Shown here: piece after piece, positions 42,117 through 50,513 of the stretch
Layout of the letters: each line of letters starts with the position of its first letter
Position numbering within the stretch: the stretch's first letter is position 1
Assembly (NCBI GenBank): GCA_029262275.1
Contig: JAJCZS010000037.1
Coordinates: 42,721-106,720, forward strand
DNA length: 64,000 nt
Direction: 5' to 3'
Source of the DNA: Deltaproteobacteria bacterium
Lineage (GTDB): Bacteria > Desulfobacterota_D > UBA1144 > Nemesobacterales > UBA2774
The notes under the pieces: generated by a model
The model's database searches: none
Seen by the model: only the letters and a program-made list of their open reading frames with translations
Told to the model about the DNA's origin: nothing
Translations under genes and position numbers: made by a program

Positions 42117-43196
42117 TTGGTAATCTTTATTAATAAAAAAATGGAAAGAAATTCCAGACAGATTGAACTTGGGGGAATAAAAGTTGGCGGCGGGGCTCCA
42201 ATTACAGTTCAATCAATGACTAAAACCGATACTCGTGATATCGTAGCGACTGTTGCGCAGATAAAAAGCTTGGAGAAAGCAGGATGCGACATAGTACGCC
42301 TTGCTGTGCCTGATATGGAAGCTGCTAAATCACTGGGTGAAATAATAAAACAAACTAATATTCCTATCGTCTCCGATATTCATTTTGATTATAAACTTGC
42401 GCTTGAAGCAGTGAATCAGGGTGTTGACGGCATGAGACTTAATCCAGGAAACATAGGGGCTAAGTATCGTATAAAGGCCGTGGTGGACGCAGTTAAAGAA
42501 AGAGGCATACCTATTAGAATAGGGGTCAACTCTGGCTCTTTAGAAAAAGACATATTAAAAAAACACGGCTCACCTACAGCTGAGGCTCTTGCAGAAAGCG
42601 CATTTAGACATGTTCAGATACTAGAAGATCTTGATTTTAGAGATATTAAAATTTCAGTTAAATCAACTGATGTAAAAAAGATGATAGCAGCCTATCGTCT
42701 CTTGGCAGAGAGATGTGAATATCCTCTTCACCTTGGTGTTACAGAGGCGGGAACGTATGAGATGGGCGCAATCAAATCTTCAATTGGCATAGGGACTCTT
42801 CTTGCAGAGGGTATTGGGGATACGATCAGAGTTTCCTTAACCGGAGACCCGGTTGATGAGATAGTAGTTGGGTTTAATATTCTAAGGTCGCTGGGGCTTA
42901 GAAGAAACGGGATTGAGCTAATATCTTGTCCAGGCTGTGGAAGGCTTGAGATTGACCTGATGAAACTAGTTAAAGACGTAGAGGATAGAATAGTTGACAT
43001 TGAGCTTCCAAGACCTATCAAAGTTGCTATCCTAGGCTGCGTAGTAAATGGTCCTGGAGAAGCGTCTGAGGCCGATATAGGTATTGCTGGTGGTAGAGGA
43101 AAGGGAATGCTTTATAAAGACGGCAAACTGGTACGATCCTTTAAAGAGCATCAGATTGTAGATGAATTAGTAAAAGAGCTTGAGACATTTGTATAG
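42117..43196 (+). CDS. ispG: HMBPP synthase
   Basis: VQSMT, DIHF, R.NPGN, RIGVNSGS, CPGCGR, GCVVNGPGE. Likely start is the ATG at 42141. Confidence 0.97.
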   Translation: MVIFINKKMERNSRQIELGGIKVGGGAPITVQSMTKTDTRDIVATVAQIKSLEKAGCDIVRLAVPDMEAAKSLGEIIKQTNIPIVSDIHFDYKLALEAVNQGVDGMRLNPGNIGAKYRIKAVVDAVKERGIPIRIGVNSGSLEKDILKKHGSPTAEALAESAFRHVQILEDLDFRDIKISVKSTDVKKMIAAYRLLAERCEYPLHLGVTEAGTYEMGAIKSSIGIGTLLAEGIGDTIRVSLTGDPVDEIVVGFNILRSLGLRRNGIELISCPGCGRLEIDLMKLVKDVEDRIVDIELPRPIKVAILGCVVNGPGEASEADIGIAGGRGKGMLYKDGKLVRSFKEHQIVDELVKELETFV

Positions 43197-43291
43197 AACT
43201 GCCTAGTAGTAAAACTCTGTTTTAAATTCCACCAAATTTTATATTTTCCAACTAAAAAAGACACCTGTCTGCTGTCGAATGAATTGTTTGC

Positions 43292-44752
43292 TTAATTCTG
43301 ATTCATAGGAATCGCATCAAGCACTTTAATTCTAACTTCTTGAGGAATAGCATTTATAAATCCTGCTTTTATATTCTTAAAAGTTCTCTCACTTTTTGCG
43401 GGTAGAACATCTACAATTGTGGCCCTGTTGGAAAACATTGGAGTCTCTTCTTTAAATGAGTAGAACTCGACCTTGAGATCTATTTTTGTGTATGGGATAT
43501 CACTTAAGTTTCTAAGCGTAATCTCACTTATTCTTCCCATAGTTTGGGGAACAGCGCCTGAGAAAACAAAGTTTTCAACTACTATGTCCTCAGTAGGTAG
43601 TGGAAAATCTTCTTCATATTCGTACTCGTATTCCTCTTCATCTTCTGATGAGGCCGAATCAGTAGCTTGAGTAGTAGTTGAGGTATCCTGAGCTGTAGTA
43701 TCTTTAGGGGCTGTGATTGCTTCTTTAACTGATGAGTCCTGTCCCGCTGGTTCATCAGATTGTGCTACCTGATCATCCGAAGTTGTTCCAGCATCTGCTG
43801 ATGGTAATGCGGTACCCTGTTCCTCAGCCATTTTCTTCTTGTATTTCTCTGAGAGGGAAAGCTTTCTTCCGCTTTCATCGTAACCGTCGTAAGCATCTTC
43901 CGTATAGCCTTCCTCACCCTCTGCTTTTGGTTTCCTTTTCTTCTTTTTAACTGCTTTTTTACCTTCTTTCTTGGCTTGCTTAATTTTAAGCTCTTTGTCA
44001 GACATTGGCTTTGCACTTCTTACGCTTATATTCACATCTTTAGCATCTGGGTGTCTGAATCCAACGTTGATGCCATAATAAGTTCTCTCGGTTCTAGGTG
44101 GGATTATATCATGTATGACTGCTCTACTTGTAAATCCTCTAACACCCAATTTCCCGCCTTTTGTTCCAAGGAAGTTGATATTTATTTCTATGTCTTTCCA
44201 TGCCTCACCACTTCTGTTATCAAGAGTGATTTCTTTTAGAATTCCTTCTGTTCCGTACTGTCCACCACTCCATTCCCAGTTTTTGACCAGGATAAGATCT
44301 TTTGCCTGAGTAGGTGTACCTTTTTCTATAAGGTCAGCGTTTACGACTCTTGTAACGGAATTCTTAAGCTCAGCATGCATGATGCCGAAATTTAAGTTAT
44401 AAAAAGTTTTCTCACTCTTACTTGGTATTATTTCTTTTATTGTAGTTCTTAGTGACCCAAGGGGAATATCATTTGAAGTATACAAATCAACTTCAACGGA
44501 TATATCCTTATAGTCGTTTATGCCTCTGTTCTCTATTGTTATCTCAGACATGATGGCAGGTCTACCCATACCACCTGACGCCCATTTATAATCTTTTACC
44601 ACAAGTACCCTTTTAACAGATTCAGGTTTATTCTTCTGTGCCTGTGCACTAGGTGGTGAAACGTTAATTAGGATAAACAACAGCGCAATTAACATTAAAA
44701 CACTTAAGCTTATCCTATTGAGTTTAGAGTTCTGCTGAGTTCTGAAATGCAT
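43292..44752 (-). CDS. Secreted protein with three repeated beta-rich (FxLYD-like) domains
   Basis: Signal peptide; three copies of EIT..N.....Y/W.DI...F/Y...IIP...ERTF; charged low-complexity linker. Confidence 0.7.
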   Translation of the reverse strand: MHFRTQQNSKLNRISLSVLMLIALLFILINVSPPSAQAQKNKPESVKRVLVVKDYKWASGGMGRPAIMSEITIENRGINDYKDISVEVDLYTSNDIPLGSLRTTIKEIIPSKSEKTFYNLNFGIMHAELKNSVTRVVNADLIEKGTPTQAKDLILVKNWEWSGGQYGTEGILKEITLDNRSGEAWKDIEININFLGTKGGKLGVRGFTSRAVIHDIIPPRTERTYYGINVGFRHPDAKDVNISVRSAKPMSDKELKIKQAKKEGKKAVKKKKRKPKAEGEEGYTEDAYDGYDESGRKLSLSEKYKKKMAEEQGTALPSADAGTTSDDQVAQSDEPAGQDSSVKEAITAPKDTTAQDTSTTTQATDSASSEDEEEYEYEYEEDFPLPTEDIVVENFVFSGAVPQTMGRISEITLRNLSDIPYTKIDLKVEFYSFKEETPMFSNRATIVDVLPAKSERTFKNIKAGFINAIPQEVRIKVLDAIPMNQN

Positions 44753-44921
44753 TATATCTCCTTATTAGAGCAACAAGATTGTGATAAGATTATACATAAT
44801 TAAAGCTGAAATTATACCTGTGTAAAATAACAGACAATAGCTAAAATTTTAAGCTCTGTTGTTATTAGTTAAAAAAAGCTGGAATAATATATTTTCAACG
44901 AAAAGCTAACAGGGGCTAAAA

Positions 44922-45224
44922 ATGAGTGTATACATATTGCTTAGCAAACTTACGACCGAAGGTCGGAAAACAATTAAAGAAAGGCCGGGAAGGATTAAAG
45001 AGGTGGGGGATGAAATAGAAAATTTGGGAGTTAAGGTTATAGAGCAGTATGCAACATTGGGACCTTATGATTTTGTAACTGTCATAGATGCCCCGGATAA
45101 TGAGACAGTAAGTGAACTATCTGTTGATTTATGCTCAAGGGGTACAATTGAGATAATGAGTCTAGCCGCAGTGCCTGTAGACTCTTATGTAGATGCTCTT
45201 AAATCTGCTAAAAAAATAAAGTGA
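44922..45224 (+). CDS. GYD domain protein
   Basis: T.EG..I...P.R, Y.TLGPYDFV....APD. Confidence 0.88.
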   Translation: MSVYILLSKLTTEGRKTIKERPGRIKEVGDEIENLGVKVIEQYATLGPYDFVTVIDAPDNETVSELSVDLCSRGTIEIMSLAAVPVDSYVDALKSAKKIK

Positions 45225-45242
45225 GGGGTAGATAAATAGACT

Positions 45243-45404
45243 ATGTTGAGTGAATTCAAACGGATATTAAAACAACATTCAGATGATGTATATGGTGTGG
45301 CGTCCTACACGACGCTCTCTTTCTATACTGTTTTAGCTCTAGCCTGCATCTTAGTTCCAGTTTTGTTTTTTCTAATATTGGGTATGTGGAAGCTGTTTTC
45401 ATAA
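45243..45404 (+). CDS. Small single-pass membrane protein, 53 aa (not in ORF track)
   Basis: Hand translation MLSEFKRILKQHSDDVYGVASYTTLSFYTVLALACILVPVLFFLILGMWKLFS*; fills the GYD-mutL gap on the same strand. Confidence 0.55.
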   Translation: MLSEFKRILKQHSDDVYGVASYTTLSFYTVLALACILVPVLFFLILGMWKLFS

Positions 45405-45443
45405 TACGTTTCACTTTTATTTAAGGTAATAAGGCACTTTAAA

Positions 45444-47270
45444 ATGGCAAAGATAAGGATTTTATCCGATAATGTGGTATCCAAAATAGCTGCTGGAGAG
45501 ATAGTAGAAAGACCTGCCTCCGTTGTAAAGGAGCTCGTTGAAAACTCAATTGACGCAGGCAGCAAATCTATAAAAATTGAACTTGAATCTGGCGGCAAAA
45601 AGTTAATCCAAATATCCGATGATGGAGAGGGGATGAGCAGGGATGAAGCACTACTCTCCTTAGAGCGCCACGCTACAAGTAAGATTAAAGATATAAACGA
45701 TTTGTTCTCTGTTAAGTCTCTTGGCTTTAGGGGTGAGGCAATACCTAGTATCACAAGTGTTTCACGGTTTAAAATTATATCTAAAACAAGTGAAGATATA
45801 ATTGGCACTGAGATATCCGGGGATGGCGGAAAGATTAGAAAGGTAGAAGAGGTAGGATGTCCTCCAGGGACCACAATCCAAGTGAAAAATCTCTTCTATA
45901 ATACTCCCGTTAGGCTAAAGTTCATGAGAAAGATAGAAACTGAGCTTTCAAATGTTTTAGATATTGTTCAAAGGGAAGCAATGTCAAGACCGGGAATCAG
46001 CTTCGAGGTTGTAAGTGGGGGAAGAACACTACTCAGCCTTTCCAAAAGAGATAAATTGTCTGACAGACTAGCTGATATATTTCCTAAGGCTGAGCTACAA
46101 AGTATTTATGCTGAAGGTGAAGGAGTTGTGGTTTCAGGATTTATGAGTAGCCCTCTTGATACCAGATCTACTACACATAAACTTTTTACTTATATCAACA
46201 ATAGAGCAGTTAGGGATAAGTTCTTAACCCGTATAATAATCGACGCCTATGGGAAAATGCTTGAGAAAAGAAAATTTCCCCAAGGTGCCCTTTTTCTGCA
46301 AATCCCGGCCCCTGAGGTGGATGTGAACGTTCATCCTACTAAGAATGAAGTCAGGTTCAGAAACCAAAGGCTCATTGCGGATTTGATTAGAACATCCATA
46401 CTTGAAATGTTAAGAGAAGCTCCTTGGATAAAAAGTTACCAAGACAGGGGACATGACTTGTCCGGGGGCAATATAGAGCAGAGAAATATTGAGACAAATT
46501 ATGAAAGAGCGCATAATTTTAATAGAAGCGAGAGAGTATTTGCGGAAGAAGTGGGGCATGTTGATGTTCCCACCGCTCATGGTTCTCTTTCATTAGAGAA
46601 TGAAATCGCGCGCCCCTCGCATGTAGATCAGGGGTACCCTAGATCTAATGATTCCAGCTCTGAAAGCCTTTTTGAGCAAGAGGGTTTTTACTCCAGCTTG
46701 AAAATAATAGGTCAGATTAGGGAATTATATATAGTTTGTGCTTCAGAGAACGCAATGGTTCTAATTGACCAGCATGCGGCGCATGAGAGAATAAACTATG
46801 AAAAGTTAAAAAGTGCTTATCTTGAGAAGAAAGCGCTTGAGATTCAGGAATTGCTAGTGCCCGAAGTTGTTGAGTTCCCGCCTTTTGAGGCGAGCTTGAT
46901 CGAGAGACACCTTAATGATTTTGAGTCATTGGGGTTTAGGCTTGAGGAATTTGGCAAAGGCAGTTTCTTAATCAGATCTACTCCTGCATTACTTAAGAAC
47001 GCGGATTCTTCAGGGCTTTTAAAAGATGTAATCTCCGAAATTGCATCAGGCGGTAAAGAAGAAAGCATAAGTGAGAAGATCGATCTAGTAATCGCCACTA
47101 TGGCCTGTCATTCTTCCATCACAGCTAATTTTGAGCTTAATCCTCAAGAGATGAAGGCGCTGCTTTCTGAGCTTGACGAAATGGAATTCCCTCATTCTTG
47201 CCCGCACGGAAGACCTGTTGCTCAAGAGCTTACTTATTATGATATAGAGAAAATGTTTAAAAGGACCTAG
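45444..47270 (+). CDS. mutL: DNA mismatch repair protein MutL
   Basis: IAAGE..ERP, KELVENS.DAG, GFRGEA, DVNVHP.K; endonuclease motifs DQHAAHER and CPHGRP. Confidence 0.98.
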   Translation: MAKIRILSDNVVSKIAAGEIVERPASVVKELVENSIDAGSKSIKIELESGGKKLIQISDDGEGMSRDEALLSLERHATSKIKDINDLFSVKSLGFRGEAIPSITSVSRFKIISKTSEDIIGTEISGDGGKIRKVEEVGCPPGTTIQVKNLFYNTPVRLKFMRKIETELSNVLDIVQREAMSRPGISFEVVSGGRTLLSLSKRDKLSDRLADIFPKAELQSIYAEGEGVVVSGFMSSPLDTRSTTHKLFTYINNRAVRDKFLTRIIIDAYGKMLEKRKFPQGALFLQIPAPEVDVNVHPTKNEVRFRNQRLIADLIRTSILEMLREAPWIKSYQDRGHDLSGGNIEQRNIETNYERAHNFNRSERVFAEEVGHVDVPTAHGSLSLENEIARPSHVDQGYPRSNDSSSESLFEQEGFYSSLKIIGQIRELYIVCASENAMVLIDQHAAHERINYEKLKSAYLEKKALEIQELLVPEVVEFPPFEASLIERHLNDFESLGFRLEEFGKGSFLIRSTPALLKNADSSGLLKDVISEIASGGKEESISEKIDLVIATMACHSSITANFELNPQEMKALLSELDEMEFPHSCPHGRPVAQELTYYDIEKMFKRT

Positions 47271-47276
47271 ACTGTT

Positions 47277-47471
47277 ATGAGCTTAAAAGTTAAATGCCCT
47301 ATGTGTAAGAAAGAAGTACTGTGGGATAATAATAAGTGGAGACCTTTTTGTTCAGAGAGGTGCAAAATGGTCGATTTAGGTGCTTGGGCTAAAGAAGATT
47401 ATCGTGTTTCAGAAGATACGGATCGTGTTACAATAGATAATGGCAATTTTGATGACGAGGATAGTATTTAA
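47277..47471 (+). CDS. yacG: DNA gyrase inhibitor YacG
   Basis: CPMC...[12 protein letters not shown]. Confidence 0.92.
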   Translation: MSLKVKCPMCKKEVLWDNNKWRPFCSERCKMVDLGAWAKEDYRVSEDTDRVTIDNGNFDDEDSI

Positions 47472-47550
47472 GATCGAAGAGGATATTATTTAAGATTACA
47501 GAGTAAAATACTGATTATTTATGCGCACGATTTAAGGAGGCAATTAGCTA

Positions 47551-48123
47551 ATGGGAGTTGTAGAGACAAATCAATTTCACAAAGGTTTAAAAATCGAATA
47601 CGATGGTGAGATATGGGAAATTATAGAATACAAGCACTCAAAAATGGCCCAAAGAAGCGCTGTCATGAAAACCAAGATAAAAAATATTGTCACAGGTGCT
47701 GTACAAGAAAAGAGCTTTAGATCTGGTGACTCTTTTAAAGTTCCTGATATGGACAGAAAGAATATGCAGTTTTTATATAAAGATGATATTGGGTTCCATT
47801 TTATGGATATGGAAACATATGATCAGTACGATTTATCAAAAGATCAGATGGGTGAGGCAGCTAATTACGTAAAAGAGCAGCAAGAAGTGAACATACTTTA
47901 CTTTAATGACGAGCCCATGGGCGTTGAGTTGCCTACTGCAGTTGAGCTTACTGTTACCGAAACTGAGCCAGGAGTTAAAGGGGATACCGTCTCAGGGGGT
48001 AGCAAACCCGCGACCTTGGAGTCGGGAGCTACTATTCAGGTTCCATTATTTATTGATGTTGGCGATATATTAAGAGTCGATACCAGAACGGGAGAGTATC
48101 TGGATAGACTTAAGAAGAAATAA
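47551..48123 (+). CDS. efp: Elongation factor P (Gln at position 34)
   Basis: FMD.ETYDQ, TEPGVKGDT, KPATLE.G, VPLFI, VDTRTG.Y; loop reads HSKMAQRSA. Confidence 0.96.
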   Translation: MGVVETNQFHKGLKIEYDGEIWEIIEYKHSKMAQRSAVMKTKIKNIVTGAVQEKSFRSGDSFKVPDMDRKNMQFLYKDDIGFHFMDMETYDQYDLSKDQMGEAANYVKEQQEVNILYFNDEPMGVELPTAVELTVTETEPGVKGDTVSGGSKPATLESGATIQVPLFIDVGDILRVDTRTGEYLDRLKKK

Positions 48124-48215
48124 CTCCTACAAATACAATCATTGTTCTTTTTGTCTAGATGTTGGTGCCATTTATGATCCAAGAAAACATTTAGAGGCTA
48201 GAATTTAGTCATTTG

Positions 48216-48244
48216 TGTAACTTTTTCTGTAAATCACAGTTATT
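48216..48244 (+). promoter_or_regulatory. Candidate ECF sigma promoter (autoregulatory)
   Basis: TGTAAC followed by AAC-N17-GTT spacing, about 30 nt upstream of the ECF sigma start. Confidence 0.4.
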
Positions 48245-48271
48245 AATTAATAAAGCTGTTACGGCGTTCAT

Positions 48272-48844
48272 ATGGAAAGCGATATAGAGCTAATGCTGAG
48301 GACAAAGGATGGGGACGATGGCGCATTTAGCGAGCTTATGAATAGGCATTATAAGGGCGTGTTGAATTATATATACAGGTTTACGAATTTAAGGGAAAAT
48401 TCAGAAGATCTTGCTCAGGAGGTATTTTTAAGAGTGTACCGGTCAGCAAGTAAGTATAGACCAGAGGCCAAATTTACTACATGGCTTTATAAAATTGCTA
48501 CCAATGTAAGCCTGACGTATGTAAAAAAAAAGAATACTAATATAAGTTTAGATGAAATGACTGAAAACATTGGGGAATATGAGGATTCAGATGTTGAAAT
48601 ATCAGATGACATAATTTATAGAAAAGAAATGAGAAATGTAATATTCAGTGCAATGGAAACTTTGCCCGAAAGAGAAAAAATTGCTATTATGCTATGTAAA
48701 TATGAGGGCCTTTCTTATGAAGAAACGGCGGATGTCCTTGAATGTACAGTAGGTGCTGTTAAGGCATATGTTCACAGGGGAAGAATGAAGCTTGTGGATA
48801 AACTCAAACCATATTTGATGGAGGAAGGAAAATATGGAATGTAG
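48272..48844 (+). CDS. ECF sigma-70 family factor
   Basis: EDLAQEVF, F.TWLY.IA.N, LP..E, GLSYEE.A..L. Confidence 0.95.
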   Translation: MESDIELMLRTKDGDDGAFSELMNRHYKGVLNYIYRFTNLRENSEDLAQEVFLRVYRSASKYRPEAKFTTWLYKIATNVSLTYVKKKNTNISLDEMTENIGEYEDSDVEISDDIIYRKEMRNVIFSAMETLPEREKIAIMLCKYEGLSYEETADVLECTVGAVKAYVHRGRMKLVDKLKPYLMEEGKYGM

Positions 48845-49328
48845 AGAAATTAAAGAGACTCTTATAGAATACACATTGGGTGATTTAAGCCATGTTGAAA
48901 AAGCAAATATAGAGAGCCACTTGGATGGCTGTATAGAGTGTAGGGGTTTCGTATCTGAGTCAAAAGGGCTCTGGAGCCTATTAGAGACTTGGGATGAAGT
49001 AGAGCCTAGTGGTGATTTTATATCTAACTTCTGGGATAATGTTGAAGAAACTAAGGCTAGCCCGGGATTCTTAAATTGGATACAAAATCTAAAGCCAAAC
49101 TGGACATTAGCAGGAGCAATGGCTTCCATTTTCTTAGTTAGCATCATTACCTTTGGTGCTTTTAGTCCGGATACAAGGAACAGCATTTTCATGAGTGCTG
49201 ATGAGCGAGATGAATTAATATTGATAGAGCTAGACAACGCTATATCTAGAGAAACGGCGGATGTGCTTTCAATCTATGGGCCATGGGACGGTGGCTCGGA
49301 GATAAATGGTAACGGAGGCTTTAATTGA
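48834..49328 (+). CDS. Zinc-binding (ZAS) membrane anti-sigma factor
   Basis: N-terminal Cys plus HLDGCIEC (HxxxCxxC); one TM; overlaps the sigma gene. Confidence 0.88.
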   Translation: MECREIKETLIEYTLGDLSHVEKANIESHLDGCIECRGFVSESKGLWSLLETWDEVEPSGDFISNFWDNVEETKASPGFLNWIQNLKPNWTLAGAMASIFLVSIITFGAFSPDTRNSIFMSADERDELILIELDNAISRETADVLSIYGPWDGGSEINGNGGFN

Positions 49329-49741
49329 GAATATCGGTTTTGTTTTTTGTTTTCTTAATTATTTTTACTTTAAACGCAAGCGCAATGCTTGGCTCTAAGG
49401 GCAATTACAAGTGGTGGAAAGATCCTCAAATTGTTACTAAACTTGATCTGAATACCCAACAGGTAAACACTATAGACGGTATTTTTAAATCTTATAAAAA
49501 AACATTCATTAATTATAAAAAGCAGCTTAGATACCAAGAGGTAGAATTGAAAAAAGAGCTGCAAAATCCCAAAGCAAAAAAAGAGAATGTTCTACAACTA
49601 ATTGATGGGATTGAAGATACTAAAGCCGCCTATACTAGAACAAAGGTAGAGATGTATCTAAAGGTAAAAGATGTACTAACACCTCAACAACAAAGCACTC
49701 TTCACCAGATTAAGCTCCGTTTTAGACCTTACCATAGATAG
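49325..49741 (+). CDS. Spy/CpxP-like periplasmic protein
   Basis: Signal peptide; WW, L.L...Q and LTPQQ motifs; TTGA overlap with upstream stop; GGAGG RBS. Confidence 0.75.
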   Translation: MRISVLFFVFLIIFTLNASAMLGSKGNYKWWKDPQIVTKLDLNTQQVNTIDGIFKSYKKTFINYKKQLRYQEVELKKELQNPKAKKENVLQLIDGIEDTKAAYTRTKVEMYLKVKDVLTPQQQSTLHQIKLRFRPYHR

Positions 49742-49889
49742 TAAGCAGTTCTCTGTAATACCTTATTATATCTTTGAATGTTTATTCCTGATCTTTTTAT
49801 TAACTAAAAGTTGTTAGATTATAATAATTACGATGAATTAGAGCTAAAGAGTTTTATTGATATTGAGGTAAGTGCATGTATTCTTCTCC

Positions 49890-49918
49890 TTGCTCTATGC
49901 ACTAAAATTGGGTAGTAT
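49890..49918 (+). promoter_or_regulatory. Putative sigma70 promoter of the rimP operon
   Basis: TTGCTC-17 nt-TAGTAT directly before the leader hairpin. Confidence 0.55.
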
Positions 49919-49928
49919 CTCTTTGACG

Positions 49929-49954
49929 AAAAGCGGGTTAAACCCGCTTTTTTT
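49929..49954 (+). promoter_or_regulatory. rimP leader terminator-like hairpin
   Basis: AAAAGCGGGT-TAA-ACCCGCTTTT plus a T-tract, about 80 nt upstream of rimP. Confidence 0.7.
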
Positions 49955-50032
49955 AATTTTTAAGGGTATTAACCGCTATTAAGCGTTTTTAACTGCTAAT
50001 ATGGTTTATTAATATCCAGAAGGTTATTTTTC

Positions 50033-50500
50033 ATGAACGTAACTGAGCAAAATATAATATCTAATATTAAAGAGTTGTTAGAACCAATATTATATGAAAA
50101 GAACCTTGAGTTGTTTGATATAGAATATAAAGGATCGAGCCATAAGGGAGTCCTGAGAGTTTATATAGATAAAGAAGAGGGTGTAACAATAAGTGATTGT
50201 ACTCAAATAAGCAGAGAGCTTGGTCCTCTTTTAGATGTTCATGAGGTTATTCCTGGCTCATATACACTTGAGATCTCTTCCCCTGGACTTACAAGGGCTC
50301 TAAAGAAGCCAAGTGATTATATAAGATTCAAAGGCAAAACTGTGAAAATTAAGACAATAGAAGAAATAGATGATAGAGACGTCTTTCAAGGGAAGCTTGT
50401 AGACTTTATAGATGAAACAGTATCTCTTGAGACTAAAGGGACTAATTATTTGATTCCCTTCAGTAAAATAGAAAAGGCAAACCTGGAATTGGATTTCTAG
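50033..50500 (+). CDS. rimP: Ribosome maturation factor RimP
   Basis: LRVYID...GV...DC..ISR, YTLEISSPG..R.L. Confidence 0.96.
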   Translation: MNVTEQNIISNIKELLEPILYEKNLELFDIEYKGSSHKGVLRVYIDKEEGVTISDCTQISRELGPLLDVHEVIPGSYTLEISSPGLTRALKKPSDYIRFKGKTVKIKTIEEIDDRDVFQGKLVDFIDETVSLETKGTNYLIPFSKIEKANLELDF

Positions 50501-50513
50501 AGGGAGATTTGCA

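Noticed and set aside
45323-45874. 183-aa minus-strand ORF and the many other antisense or nested ORFs in the track
   Set aside because: They shadow well-supported genes (here mutL) and show no motifs.
49876-49905. 9-codon ORF MYSSPCSMH with GAGG upstream, as a possible rimP leader peptide
   Set aside because: Too short to support, overlaps the predicted promoter and has no regulatory codon run.
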